DNA from: Clostridiales bacterium
Lineage (GTDB): Bacteria > Bacillota > Clostridia > Oscillospirales > Oscillospiraceae
Direction: 5' to 3'
DNA: 64,000 bases
Assembly: GCA_004553495.1 (NCBI GenBank)
Contig: SFLE01000009.1
Span: 33,616-97,615, forward strand
Below, one piece after another: positions 1-10,776 of this stretch. Both the position numbers and the translations under genes were made by a program. The stretch's first letter is position 1, and every line of letters starts with the position of its first letter. The notes beneath the pieces were generated by a model. That model was not told where the DNA came from. It searched no databases and saw nothing but the letters and a program-made list of their open reading frames with translations.

Positions 1-925
1 CCGACGGGATGGCAAAGCCCAGCCCCTCGATGCCGGCACCGAATGTCGAGATCATTTTCATGTTCGTTATGCCGATCACCTCGCCGCGGTCGTTGAACAG
101 CGGACCGCCGGAGTTGCCCTCGTTTATCGAGGCGTCGGTCTGGATGAGCGACATGGATGCGCCGTTATAGTTTATCTCGCGGTTGAGCGCAGAAACTATG
201 CCGCGGGTCATGGTAAGTCGCAGGTCGGGGCTGAGCGGGTTGCCGATAGCGGCAACGCTGTCGCCGACCTTGAGCTCGGAGCTGGAGGCAAACTCAGCCG
301 CCGTGAGTCCGGTGGCGTCTATCTTCAAAAGCGCGACATCGCTCGTTGCGTCAAAGCCTATGAGCTTTGCGTCATACTCGCTGCCGTCGTAGAGCACGAC
401 CGTAGCCGAGTCGCCGCCGTCGATGACATGGGTGTTGGTGATGATATACCCGTCCTCGGATGCGATAACGCCGCTGCCCCAGCCGTAGTAATCGGTGTTT
501 TCGCCCTCAAAGACCTTTATGCCGACGACGGAGGGCACGCATTTTTCGTATATCCGGCTGAAATCGAGGGCTGCGCCGCTTCCGCCCTGCTTGAGCGTAA
601 GGCTGCCGCGAACGTCTGCCAGAGGTATCTTCACATCCACCGCGGAAACGGTGCTTGTGCTGTCGTAAATGCTGTCCATGTAATCGTGCCAGTCGGTGGG
701 ACGGCCGTCTTCGTTATACGAGATGTTTTCCGCGCCGAAGCCGGCGGCCACGAGCCAAATTCCGGCTATGAGCACGCACAGGCAGATGATCACCGCGACA
801 ACGCGGGTATTCTTTTTGGCGGCAGGGGGCACGGCACCCGTCTGCGGCGCGGGAGCCGCCTGACCTGCCTGAGTGCAGACATTCGGCTTGTACCAGCCGC
901 TCGTGTTGTTGTTATACCAGCTCAT
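1..925 (-). CDS. Trypsin-like serine protease, HtrA/DegP family, membrane anchored (partial; C-terminus lies left of the window)
   Basis: Not in the ORF track because it runs off the window. Reverse-strand translation from the ATG (complement of 923-925) gives MSWYNNNT..., one TM helix (VVAVIICLCVLIAGIWLVAAGF) and catalytic-triad contexts IITNTHVI (His), SDVALLKI (Asp) and EGNSGGPL (Ser, complement of ~100-125). It sits next to a CssRS-like two-component system. Confidence 0.85.
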   Translation of the reverse strand, partial: MSWYNNNTSGWYKPNVCTQAGQAAPAPQTGAVPPAAKKNTRVVAVIICLCVLIAGIWLVAAGFGAENISYNEDGRPTDWHDYMDSIYDSTSTVSAVDVKIPLADVRGSLTLKQGGSGAALDFSRIYEKCVPSVVGIKVFEGENTDYYGWGSGVIASEDGYIITNTHVIDGGDSATVVLYDGSEYDAKLIGFDATSDVALLKIDATGLTAAEFASSSELKVGDSVAAIGNPLSPDLRLTMTRGIVSALNREINYNGASMSLIQTDASINEGNSGGPLFNDRGEVIGITNMKMISTFGAGIEGLGFAIPS

Positions 926-957
926 GTGAGCCTCCATTCCGCCGCGCACGGCGCGGC

Positions 958-2412
958 TTACTTGCGTTCATTCTTTTCCTTTTTCGCGGCGGGAGCGAGA
1001 GGCAGCGTGAAAACGAAAACCGTAACTCTGTCGCGGCTGGACACCGCGACATCCTCGCCGTGACTGTTGAGGATCTTCTTTACCAGATACAGACCGAGAC
1101 CCACGCCGTCCTTATCCATGCTGCGCGAGCGGTCGGACTTGTGGAAGCGGTCGAAGATGTACGGCAGATCGTCCTCGGGTATGGGCTCGCCGATGTTCTT
1201 TATCGAGACATATGCCTTACCGCCCTTTTTATAGAGCCTTATCGTTATCGTGCTCCCGGGGGAAGCGAATTTCATCGCGTTGTCGGTGAGGTTATATATG
1301 ACCTGCGTTATCGAATCGCGCTCGGCGAAAACGATGATTGGGTCCTCGGGAAGCTGCGGGTCAACATCGAGCCCCTTGTCCTTCGCGCGGCTCTCAAAGC
1401 TCAGCAGGCACTGCAAAAGCAGTTCCGACAGATCGAATTTCGAGCGCTTTGATATATCCACGGCATCGCTTTCCGCCTGACTGAGGTTTAGCATATTGCG
1501 GACAAGTCTGGATAAGCGCCGCGTTTCGTCGGCTATCTTGCGCAGGTATTTCTCCTCCTGCTCGCGTGGAATTGTGCCGTCGAGTATGCCGTCGGCAAAG
1601 CCGGCGATGGTGGTCATAGGCGTTCGCAGCTCGTGCGATATGTTTGCTATAAACTCCTGACGCTTGTTTTCGCTCTGCTCAAGAGAGTCCGCCATAAGGT
1701 TAAACGAGTCGAGCAGCGTTCCTATCTCATCGTCGCGGTGCTCCTTGGGTCTGACGCGCACCGAGAAATCGCCGAGGGCGAATTTTCGCGCGGCAAGCGA
1801 GAGCTCGTCGAGCGGCTCAGCCATTTTCTTAGAGAAAAACAGGCTCATGAGTATCGCAACGAGCATGACCGCTACCGCGACCGCGAGCACAACGCCGAGG
1901 AATGTCTGCCAGCCGCTCATTATGTCCATGCTGTCGGATGCGACAAAGACATATCCTAAAAGCTCGTCGCCCGAGTTTATGGGCTTTGCCACGACATACT
2001 GCTTTTCGGGGTAAAAGCCCATGAGCGTTGTCAGGCTGTCAAAATCGCCGTCCGCGCTCACCGCGGCTATGACCGAGGGGTCGAGAGTTTTGCCCTGATG
2101 CTTGGTGCAGTAGAGCGTCAAATCGGAACAGGACAGTACAAGACCGTCCTGATCGCAGATAAATATATGGCTTTTTGTAACATTGGCTATGGGGCTTATA
2201 GTAAGCCGCAGGTTCCAGCTCGCAAGCGAATCCTGCTTTGAAACGGCAAGCGCCGAGCGCACGACCTCGTCGGCACTTGCGCTCATTCGCTCGCGGGTGC
2301 TGCTTATGAGATAGCCGCGCCCGAGAAAGAAGAATGCCGCTCCGATTATGGCAAACGAGAAAAACACCAGAAGCGCAGTTGCAAGAAAATTGCGTAAGTA
2401 AATGCTCTTCAT
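958..2412 (-). CDS. Sensor histidine kinase (two TM helices, HAMP, HisKA, HATPase_c)
   Basis: 484-aa ORF. N-terminal TM, second TM (FLGVVLAVAVAVMLVAILMSLFF) followed by a HAMP-like segment, H-box ISHELRTPMT, N-box LTDNAMKF and G-box GVGLGLYLV. Lies 16 nt downstream of the response regulator gene. Confidence 0.92.
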   Translation of the reverse strand: MKSIYLRNFLATALLVFFSFAIIGAAFFFLGRGYLISSTRERMSASADEVVRSALAVSKQDSLASWNLRLTISPIANVTKSHIFICDQDGLVLSCSDLTLYCTKHQGKTLDPSVIAAVSADGDFDSLTTLMGFYPEKQYVVAKPINSGDELLGYVFVASDSMDIMSGWQTFLGVVLAVAVAVMLVAILMSLFFSKKMAEPLDELSLAARKFALGDFSVRVRPKEHRDDEIGTLLDSFNLMADSLEQSENKRQEFIANISHELRTPMTTIAGFADGILDGTIPREQEEKYLRKIADETRRLSRLVRNMLNLSQAESDAVDISKRSKFDLSELLLQCLLSFESRAKDKGLDVDPQLPEDPIIVFAERDSITQVIYNLTDNAMKFASPGSTITIRLYKKGGKAYVSIKNIGEPIPEDDLPYIFDRFHKSDRSRSMDKDGVGLGLYLVKKILNSHGEDVAVSSRDRVTVFVFTLPLAPAAKKEKNERK

Positions 2413-2428
2413 ACAGAGCTTTCCCCTT

Positions 2429-3115
2429 TTATTTCACGACTTCAAATTTGTAGCCAACACCCCAAACGGTCTGAAGAGACCATTGGGGAGAAACGCCCTC
2501 AAGCTTTTCCCTCAGGCGCTTTATGTGCACATCAACGGTGCGCGAATCGCCGAAGTAATCAAAGCCCCAGACCTCGTCAAGAAGCTGATTGCGGGTGAAA
2601 ACTATGTTCGGCGAGGCTGCAAGATGGTACAGAAGCTCCATCTCTTTGGGCGGGGTATCGACCTTAACGCCGTCAACGATGAGTTCGTAGGAATCGAGGT
2701 TTACGATGAGCTTGTCATAGCACAGCTTTTTCTCCTTGGGCGTGTTGTCCGTTTCGGAGCGGCGCATTACGGCGTGTATGCGCGCCAGAAGCTCCTTTAC
2801 CTCGAAGGGCTTTGTAATATAATCATCAGCGCCGATGTCAAGACCGGCTACCTTATCGCCCACGGAGCCTTTCGCAGTGAGCATGATGATGGGCACCGAG
2901 GAGGTCTTGCGGATCTCGCGGCACACCTGCATGCCGTCCATAACGGGCATCATTATGTCCAGAAGCACGAGATCGGGCGAGACCTCGTTGAACATGGCGA
3001 TACCCTTACCGCCGTCGTGCGCGATGCTGACCTCAAACCCGTCCTTCTCGAGGTAGAGCATGAGAAGCTCGGCAATGTTGACATCGTCTTCAATAACAAG
3101 GGCTTTCTTGTTCAT
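2429..3115 (-). CDS. OmpR-family response regulator
   Basis: Receiver domain (MNKKALVIEDD, LLDIMMP, TAK) plus winged-helix output (RTVDVHIKRLREKL, GVGYKF). Start moved to the internal ATG at 3113-3115, which has RBS AAGGGGGAA; the ORF-track start at 3169 has none. Confidence 0.92.
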   Translation of the reverse strand: MNKKALVIEDDVNIAELLMLYLEKDGFEVSIAHDGGKGIAMFNEVSPDLVLLDIMMPVMDGMQVCREIRKTSSVPIIMLTAKGSVGDKVAGLDIGADDYITKPFEVKELLARIHAVMRRSETDNTPKEKKLCYDKLIVNLDSYELIVDGVKVDTPPKEMELLYHLAASPNIVFTRNQLLDEVWGFDYFGDSRTVDVHIKRLREKLEGVSPQWSLQTVWGVGYKFEVVK

Positions 3116-3232
3116 ATCATTTTCCCCCTTGGAACAGTTATATACTTTTTGAGTATACCTTTTGAGCATACATTAATTATACTGATTATGAAAGCGTTTT
3201 AGTTAATAATCTGTAAAAAAGGGAAATATAAA

Positions 3233-3261
3233 AAAGAAGTCACTCGAGAGTGACTTCTTTT
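3233..3261 (-). terminator. Rho-independent terminator downstream of cstA
   Basis: Perfect hairpin AAGAAGTCACTC-GAG-AGTGACTTCTT with a T-run on the minus strand. Confidence 0.75.
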
Positions 3262-3277
3262 AATGATATAGGTGATG

Positions 3278-5005
3278 TTATGCGTTCTTTGCTGCCTTCG
3301 ACTGCTTGCTCAGGGCCTTTACGCCCTCGACAACGAGGTCGATAGCAAGGATGATGAGCAGGACAGCGATAACTGCACGGATGATACCCCAGGTGACATC
3401 GGCACCGGTGGTGATAAGACCGATCTGAGCCTTAATGGTGAATACCAGAGAGGTCAGGGTGACGATAAGCATGAACGCCATGGGGAAGTAGAACATCTTG
3501 TTGCTTCTGCCGATCTTGCCGAGCCATGCAGCGACTGCGAGCAGACCCAGAGCAGCCAGCAGCTGGTTTGCAGCGCCGAACAGAGCCCAGATCTTTGCAT
3601 AGCCGGTCATACCAAGTGCAATGCCGAGTACGACGGTGATAGCAGTGGCGACATACGGATTAACAAGAACCTTACGCGCGCCGGTCATATCCTTTACTTC
3701 CTCGCCGGGCTTGAGCCAGAACTCCTGGAACATATAGCGGGCAAGGCGGGTAGCGGTGTCAAGCGAGGTCAGGCAGAATGCGGAGACCGCGAGAATGAGC
3801 AGGGAGTAGGTGACGCTCTGCGCACCCGCGCCGAAGAGCTGACCGAGCATTGCGGAAAGGCCGCCTGCGAAAACTGCGGTGGGGACGACGGTGGTGCCGT
3901 CGGCGTAATCCTTCCAGATGTACGCAACTGCGCACAGAGAGATGATAGCCAGAGCCGACTCAATGAGCATGCCGCCGTATGCAATGGGGCGTGCGTCGCG
4001 CTCGTTGTTGAGCTGCTTTGCGGTCGTACCGGAGCCGACGAGGGAATGGAAGCCGGAGATAGCGCCGCAGGCGATGGTCACGAACAGTGCCGGGAACAGG
4101 TAGCCAAGGGATGTACCGGTCGGGGCGAGGGTGTCGGTAAAGCCGGTGAATGCGGGCATTGCGTCGATGCTGGGATGGCAGCCGACAATGCCGACAACGG
4201 CGAGGATCATCATGCCGTAGAGCAGGAACGAGCTCAGGTAGTCACGCGGCTGGAGCAGGATCCAGACAGGCGTTACGGATGCCACAAGGATGTAAATGCC
4301 GCAGATGATCATCCAGGTCTCGTAGCTGAGGTAGATAGGATGCCAGTTGAGTCCGATGTACATTGCAACGGCGATAAGCGCAACACCGATAATGGTGGAA
4401 ATACCGAGAGGTGCGTTTCTTCTGTAGACGAAGAAGCCGAACAGGATAGCCAGAACGATGAAGAAGATGGAGATCATCGCGGTGCTGGCGTTTGCGGCAC
4501 TCGCTGCGTAGTCGATGGCACCGGTCTCGGTGAAGGTTGCCTTAAAGGTGTTGGCAACGATGGAGCCGAATGCGGCGACTACGAGCAGGAGGGTCAGGTA
4601 AGCGAAGATGATGAACAGACGCTTTGCCTTAAGACCGATACTGTCCTCGATAACGGTGCCGATCGATTTGCCGTTGTTGCGGACCGAGGCGAACAGCGAA
4701 CCGAAGTCATGCACACCGCCGAAGAAGATACCGCCTATGAGCACCCACAGTGCTACGGGGACCCAACCGAAAACCGCAGCCTGGATAGGTCCGTTTATCG
4801 GGCCTGCGCCTGCGATAGAGGAGAAGTGGTGACCCATGAGTACGGGTGCCTTCGCGGGTACATAGTCAACGCCGTCTTCCATGGTGTGAGCAGGAGTAGC
4901 CTTGTTGGGATCTACTCCCCATTTGTTTGCCAGCCATCTGCCGTAGAATATGTAACCTATGACAAGGATGGCTATGCTGATGATGAGTAATACAGCAGCA
5001 TTCAT
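3278..5005 (-). CDS. cstA: Carbon starvation protein A (peptide/pyruvate transporter family)
   Basis: 575-aa polytopic membrane protein. The N-terminus YIFYGRWLANKWGVDP...HHFSSIAGAGPINGPIQAA is the CstA signature region. RBS GGGAGAG precedes the ATG. Confidence 0.9.
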   Translation of the reverse strand: MNAAVLLIISIAILVIGYIFYGRWLANKWGVDPNKATPAHTMEDGVDYVPAKAPVLMGHHFSSIAGAGPINGPIQAAVFGWVPVALWVLIGGIFFGGVHDFGSLFASVRNNGKSIGTVIEDSIGLKAKRLFIIFAYLTLLLVVAAFGSIVANTFKATFTETGAIDYAASAANASTAMISIFFIVLAILFGFFVYRRNAPLGISTIIGVALIAVAMYIGLNWHPIYLSYETWMIICGIYILVASVTPVWILLQPRDYLSSFLLYGMMILAVVGIVGCHPSIDAMPAFTGFTDTLAPTGTSLGYLFPALFVTIACGAISGFHSLVGSGTTAKQLNNERDARPIAYGGMLIESALAIISLCAVAYIWKDYADGTTVVPTAVFAGGLSAMLGQLFGAGAQSVTYSLLILAVSAFCLTSLDTATRLARYMFQEFWLKPGEEVKDMTGARKVLVNPYVATAITVVLGIALGMTGYAKIWALFGAANQLLAALGLLAVAAWLGKIGRSNKMFYFPMAFMLIVTLTSLVFTIKAQIGLITTGADVTWGIIRAVIAVLLIILAIDLVVEGVKALSKQSKAAKNA

Positions 5006-5034
5006 TTTTTGAGTTCTCTCCCTTCAAAAAAATG

Positions 5035-5535
5035 TTATTTCAGCAGCGTTTTTTTCAAAAGCTGTGCTGTACTGCGTCCACTGCCGTTTGCGGCAGTCAT
5101 TCCCGTTTCAAGCTCTATAACGCCGGTGTGGAAATCCATCCAGCCGTAAAAGGAGAAGCGGAAGCTCTTGTATATTCTCGTTCTTTTAAGCGCCCTTACA
5201 GCGTCCTTATCGCAGGTGTCGCAGATAAAAAGCGCCGTTATATATGAGCACATATGCCCCGGCTTGGGCTCTATATGACTCATGCCCTCCTTGTGGGCAT
5301 AGTCCCTGCATTTTTCGAAGATCTCCTTTGTAAGATGCGGAACGGAGAAAATGTAAACATACTCGTTGCTGTCATATTCCCAGAGCTTTGCCGCCTTTAC
5401 AAGGACATATTTCTCCGAGTGGACATAGAGAAAGCAGGTGGCGGCAAGCTCGATCGCTTCATCGTCAAACCGCTCGACATCAAAGTATGCCGAATAGCTT
5501 TCACACAGCTTGTCTATTGCCTCAGACCTTGTCAT
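5035..5535 (-). CDS. Conserved hypothetical cytoplasmic protein
   Basis: 166-aa ORF from ATG 5533-5535 with RBS GAGGTGGG. I recognise no motif. The coding call rests on length, RBS and codon texture only. Confidence 0.5.
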   Translation of the reverse strand: MTRSEAIDKLCESYSAYFDVERFDDEAIELAATCFLYVHSEKYVLVKAAKLWEYDSNEYVYIFSVPHLTKEIFEKCRDYAHKEGMSHIEPKPGHMCSYITALFICDTCDKDAVRALKRTRIYKSFRFSFYGWMDFHTGVIELETGMTAANGSGRSTAQLLKKTLLK

Positions 5536-5807
5536 TGTCCCACCTCTTCGATACAAATGTTAATAAAGAATTAAAATTGTTAATTTTTATCCAAAGGTAT
5601 TAACAGTATATATCCGCGCTCTGTGAAAATCAAGTGCTTTTTCGGTATTCTTAGCATTAAAATTTGTCATGTTATACAAAAAGCCGTAAATATAATGTCA
5701 AGTATGTCTGTATATACATATATAAAATATATTTGCTCCTTTACAAGTGCAAAACAATGAAGTATCATGAAAAGCGACGAAATTTGAGAAATTACGGAGA
5801 AAATTAC

Positions 5808-6923
5808 ATGAACGAATTTAAGCTGTGTGTACCGTGCCTTCTGGGGCTCGAGGGCCCCATTGCCGACGAGCTCAGGCGCATGAAAATGCAGGATGTGCAT
5901 AACGAAAACGGCAGGGTGTACTTTTCCGGCGGCGCACAGGAGATAGCAAAGGCAAATATAAACCTGCGCATAGGGGAGAGGGTGCTGCTCGAGCTCGGCA
6001 GATTCAGAGCCGAGACCTTCGACGAGCTTTTCGAGCGCACAAAGGCGCTGCCGTGGGAGCGGCTAATCCCGCGCGATGCGGCGTTCCCCGTCAAGGGCTA
6101 CAGCCTCAACTCCAAGCTGTTTTCGGTGTCCGACTGCCAGAAGATAATAAAAAAGGCGGTCGTTGAGCGCTTGAAGAGCGTTTACGGCATCGAGTGGTTC
6201 CCCGAAACGGCGGAGACATATCAGATACAGTTTTCGATAATGAAGGACGAGGCATCGCTGTGCATCGACACCTCCGGCGAGGGACTGCACAAGCGCGGCT
6301 ACCGTCCGGCGCATAACGCGGCTCCGCTTAAGGAGACCATGGCGGCGGCGATGGTCAGCCTTTCGCGCTACCGCGGCAGAGAAGACTTCTGCGACCCGTT
6401 CTGCGGCAGCGGCACCATACCCATAGAAGCCGCGCTCATCGCAAAAAACCGCGCCCCCGGGCTGTACAGGGGCTTTTCGGCGATGCGCTGGAGGAGCCTT
6501 GACTCCTCCGTGTGGCAGTCCGAGCGGGAGCTTGCGAAAAGCCGCGAGTTTAACGGAAATTATAATATAGTCGGCGCGGACATAGACCCCGCCGCGCTCG
6601 ATATGGCAAGGGAGAATGCCCGCCGTGCCGGAGTTGAGGACATCGTGCGCTTTGAGAAAGCGGATGCAACGAAGTTTGACCGCGTTACCGAAAACGGCAT
6701 AATCGTCACCAACCCGCCTTACGGCGAGCGTATTATGGAAAAGCAGGAGGCCGAGCAGCTCTACCGGCTCTTCGGCGAGGCGTGGAGAAAAACGGAGAAC
6801 TGGAAGCTGTACCTGCTGTCCTCGCACACTGAGTTTGAGCGCACCTTCGGCAAGGCGGCCGATAAAAAGCGCAAGCTCTATAACGGCATGATAAAATGCG
6901 ACCTGTCCATGTATCTCAAATAA
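5808..6923 (+). CDS. THUMP-domain class I SAM-dependent RNA methyltransferase (RlmL/YpsC-like, COG0116)
   Basis: Start at ATG 5808 (RBS GGAGA at 5796-5800). Motif I DPFCGSGTI and motif IV TNPPYGER, with an N-terminal THUMP-like region. Confidence 0.85.
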   Translation: MNEFKLCVPCLLGLEGPIADELRRMKMQDVHNENGRVYFSGGAQEIAKANINLRIGERVLLELGRFRAETFDELFERTKALPWERLIPRDAAFPVKGYSLNSKLFSVSDCQKIIKKAVVERLKSVYGIEWFPETAETYQIQFSIMKDEASLCIDTSGEGLHKRGYRPAHNAAPLKETMAAAMVSLSRYRGREDFCDPFCGSGTIPIEAALIAKNRAPGLYRGFSAMRWRSLDSSVWQSERELAKSREFNGNYNIVGADIDPAALDMARENARRAGVEDIVRFEKADATKFDRVTENGIIVTNPPYGERIMEKQEAEQLYRLFGEAWRKTENWKLYLLSSHTEFERTFGKAADKKRKLYNGMIKCDLSMYLK

Positions 6924-6975
6924 ACTCGGAACGAAAAATATATAAAAAAATTCACAACTTTTTCTCGCAAGGGGC

Positions 6976-7006
6976 TTGAAATTTAAAAATATTGTGCTAT
7001 TATAAT
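6976..7006 (+). promoter_or_regulatory. Probable sigma-A promoter of groESL
   Basis: TTGAAA (6976-6981) and an extended -10 TGcTATTATAAT region (6995-7006), directly upstream of the CIRCE operator. Confidence 0.55.
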
Positions 7007-7013
7007 AACCGAG

Positions 7014-7040
7014 TTAGCACTCAGGGTAAAAGAGTGCTAA
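7014..7040 (+). promoter_or_regulatory. CIRCE operator (HrcA binding site)
   Basis: TTAGCACTC-AGGGTAAAA-GAGTGCTAA is a perfect match to the CIRCE consensus TTAGCACTC-N9-GAGTGCTAA. It lies 45 nt upstream of groES. Confidence 0.95.
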
Positions 7041-7084
7041 CTCGGTCGAATTTTTTTGTAAATGATTATTTGGAGGTATATACG

Positions 7085-9008
<1,924 letters not shown>

Positions 9009-9021
9009 TCCAAATAGAACG

Positions 9022-9055
9022 AAAAAGCACGCTTCAAAATGAAGCGTGCTTTTTC
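9022..9055. terminator. Bidirectional terminator (groEL / sseB-like gene)
   Basis: AAAAAGCACGCTTC-AAAAT-GAAGCGTGCTTTTT with A/T runs on both sides. Confidence 0.85.
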
Positions 9056-9072
9056 TATATCATTAAGTTTTG

Positions 9073-9525
9073 TCACGATGTGGGGTACTGCTCGGCAAAC
9101 TCCTGGCTTTCCTTCATGTAGGGCAGCATATGGTCGCGCACGAGCTCCGGCCAGATGAGAAAATAGCTGCTGAACGGGTTTATAACGGCATGGCGGTCAT
9201 TGTCAACGAGCATCTGGAAGTAATCCATGGGCTTGAGGCACACGCAGTCGCAGTTGCCCTCAAGCTTTCCGAGCTCATCGGTGTTGGTGAATATGGGGAT
9301 AAACACCCTGCCGCTGACGGTGAGCGTCATGAAACGGAGGCTGCGGCTGTTGCCGGTGCCCTTCTGCACCGCGAAATACATCGGAGTTTTCGCAAGCTGC
9401 TCAAGCAGCATCGTGAGCGACTGCTGATCCTTGCCCTGCGAGTCGCTGTATTTTTTTATGAGCTTTTTTATGCCCATGCGGGAGATCTGGTCTATCTGGG
9501 GCTGGCTGAGTTCGCTTTTTGACAT
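9073..9525 (-). CDS. SseB-family protein (enhanced serine sensitivity protein-like)
   Basis: 150 aa from ATG 9523-9525 (RBS GAGG). The pattern ...MYFAVQ...RFMTLTVSGRVFIPIFTNTDELGKL...HAVINPFS is typical of the SseB N-terminal domain. Assignment is by recollection of the family pattern only. Confidence 0.5.
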   Translation of the reverse strand: MSKSELSQPQIDQISRMGIKKLIKKYSDSQGKDQQSLTMLLEQLAKTPMYFAVQKGTGNSRSLRFMTLTVSGRVFIPIFTNTDELGKLEGNCDCVCLKPMDYFQMLVDNDRHAVINPFSSYFLIWPELVRDHMLPYMKESQEFAEQYPTS

Positions 9526-9618
9526 ATGTTTATACCTCAAAAGATGTTTTTTAACAATATAGCACACTTCACGGAAAATGTCCATCGCGCAAAATTTTGC
9601 GGATGTAAAGCGCTTTCA

Positions 9619-9646
9619 TTGACAAATCCGACCATTTTGCTACTAT
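9619..9646 (+). promoter_or_regulatory. Near-consensus sigma-A promoter of the tail-fibre-like gene
   Basis: TTGACA (9619-9624), 16 nt, TACTAT (9641-9646). It is followed by a GC-rich hairpin in the 5' UTR (GCGCGCAG...CTGCGCG) and RBS AAGGAGGA. Confidence 0.6.
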
Positions 9647-9717
9647 CAATTATGCAGCCGTGCGCGCAGAGACCTCGACTGCGCGTGCGAGCGTGAGCTT
9701 ATGCAAGGAGGATTTTC

Positions 9718-10776
9718 ATGGATATAAACATTAAAGTCAGAAATAAAATCGCCGCTGCCGAGGAAAAGGTAATTATCTGCGGCAACAGTGACTATATTAT
9801 CCGCTTTGACCTCGACGACGAGTGGGCGGAATATAAAACAAAAACAATGCGCGTTGACCTCTTGAACGGAACGCACGAGGAGGTCATATTCGACGGCGAC
9901 AGCTGCACGCTGCCCGCGATACACGACCGCACGAGGGTGGCCGTCGGCATCTATGCCGGAAACATCCGCACCACGACTCCTGCGGTGCTGTGCTGCGAAA
10001 AATGCATAACCGATGCAAACGGCGTGCCTGCGGCTCCGGCCGAGGATGTCTACTCGCAGCTTTTGCAGCGCCTGAACGATTTCGACGGCTACTGGCTGCC
10101 GGAGGTGTCCGAAACGGGCGAGCTGAGCTGGAAAAGGGAAAGCTCCGGTCAGGCGCCCGAGACCGCAAACATAAAGGGCGCTAAAGGGGACAAAGGCGAC
10201 AAGGGCGATGCGGGAAGCGCAGGCGCAAAGGGTGATAAGGGCGATGCAGGTGCGGCGGCGACCGTCGCTGTAGGCACCGTTACGACCGGTGCAGCCGGCT
10301 CGGAAGCCTCCGTCACAAACTCCGGAACGGTGAGTGCGGCGGTGCTCGATTTCGTCATCCCGCGCGGCGCCAAGGGCGATAAGGGCGATGCCGGCTCTGC
10401 CGCCGACTATATAGTGCAGACCGGCACCACCGGTAAATGGAGCTGGGAGAAATGGAACAGCGGCAAAAAGGTGTGCTGGGCGACATTTGACACAGATGCC
10501 CTCGTCACCGACAAGGCATGGGGATCATTGTATTACAACACATGGATGAACCTTGCCGCCAATAAGACCGCGCGCCGCTATCCGTTCGACTTTACGGAAA
10601 CGCCTGCAGTCATCGCGTCGGCTGCGCCCAACGGCTCGAGCGACTATTTCCTCATAACCGATTCCGGCAACAATCTCGGCACCGATAAGACCCACGCTCC
10701 GGCATATGCCATAGCGCGCCCGTCCGTCGGCACCGTCACCACACCGAAAATATCTTATTTCGTAGTCGGCAAATAA
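9718..10776 (+). CDS. Phage tail-fibre-like protein with collagen-like Gly-X-Y repeats
   Basis: 352 aa with no signal peptide. The N-domain (ICGNSDYIIRFDLDDEW...) and the element TGELSWKRESSGQAPETANIKGAKGDKGDKGD resemble prophage tail-fibre proteins of Firmicutes. There are two GAKGDKGDAG collagen-like blocks and a ~125-aa C-terminal globular domain. Confidence 0.65.
   Translation: MDINIKVRNKIAAAEEKVIICGNSDYIIRFDLDDEWAEYKTKTMRVDLLNGTHEEVIFDGDSCTLPAIHDRTRVAVGIYAGNIRTTTPAVLCCEKCITDANGVPAAPAEDVYSQLLQRLNDFDGYWLPEVSETGELSWKRESSGQAPETANIKGAKGDKGDKGDAGSAGAKGDKGDAGAAATVAVGTVTTGAAGSEASVTNSGTVSAAVLDFVIPRGAKGDKGDAGSAADYIVQTGTTGKWSWEKWNSGKKVCWATFDTDALVTDKAWGSLYYNTWMNLAANKTARRYPFDFTETPAVIASAAPNGSSDYFLITDSGNNLGTDKTHAPAYAIARPSVGTVTTPKISYFVVGK
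10177..10395 (+). repeat. Collagen-like G-X-Y coding repeats (two blocks: 10177-10248 and 10366-10395)
   Basis: GAKGDKGDKGDAGSAGAKGDKGDAG, and after a 39-aa spacer GAKGDKGDAGS. The nucleotide repeat is GGCGA(T/C)AAGGGCGATGC. Confidence 0.9.

Noticed and set aside
3272-4990. 572-aa plus-strand ORF covering the whole cstA locus
   Set aside because: It is exactly antisense to a textbook CstA. Its product is a low-complexity Asp/Glu/Gly/Cys-rich sequence with no RBS. This is a typical shadow ORF of GC-rich coding DNA.
10177-10395. Short periodic DNA repeats that could be mistaken for a CRISPR or tandem-repeat locus (also at 36117-36278)
   Set aside because: Both sets are in frame within long ORFs and encode collagen-like G-X-Y or heptad coiled-coil repeats. 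There is no repeat-spacer architecture, and no cas genes lie nearby.
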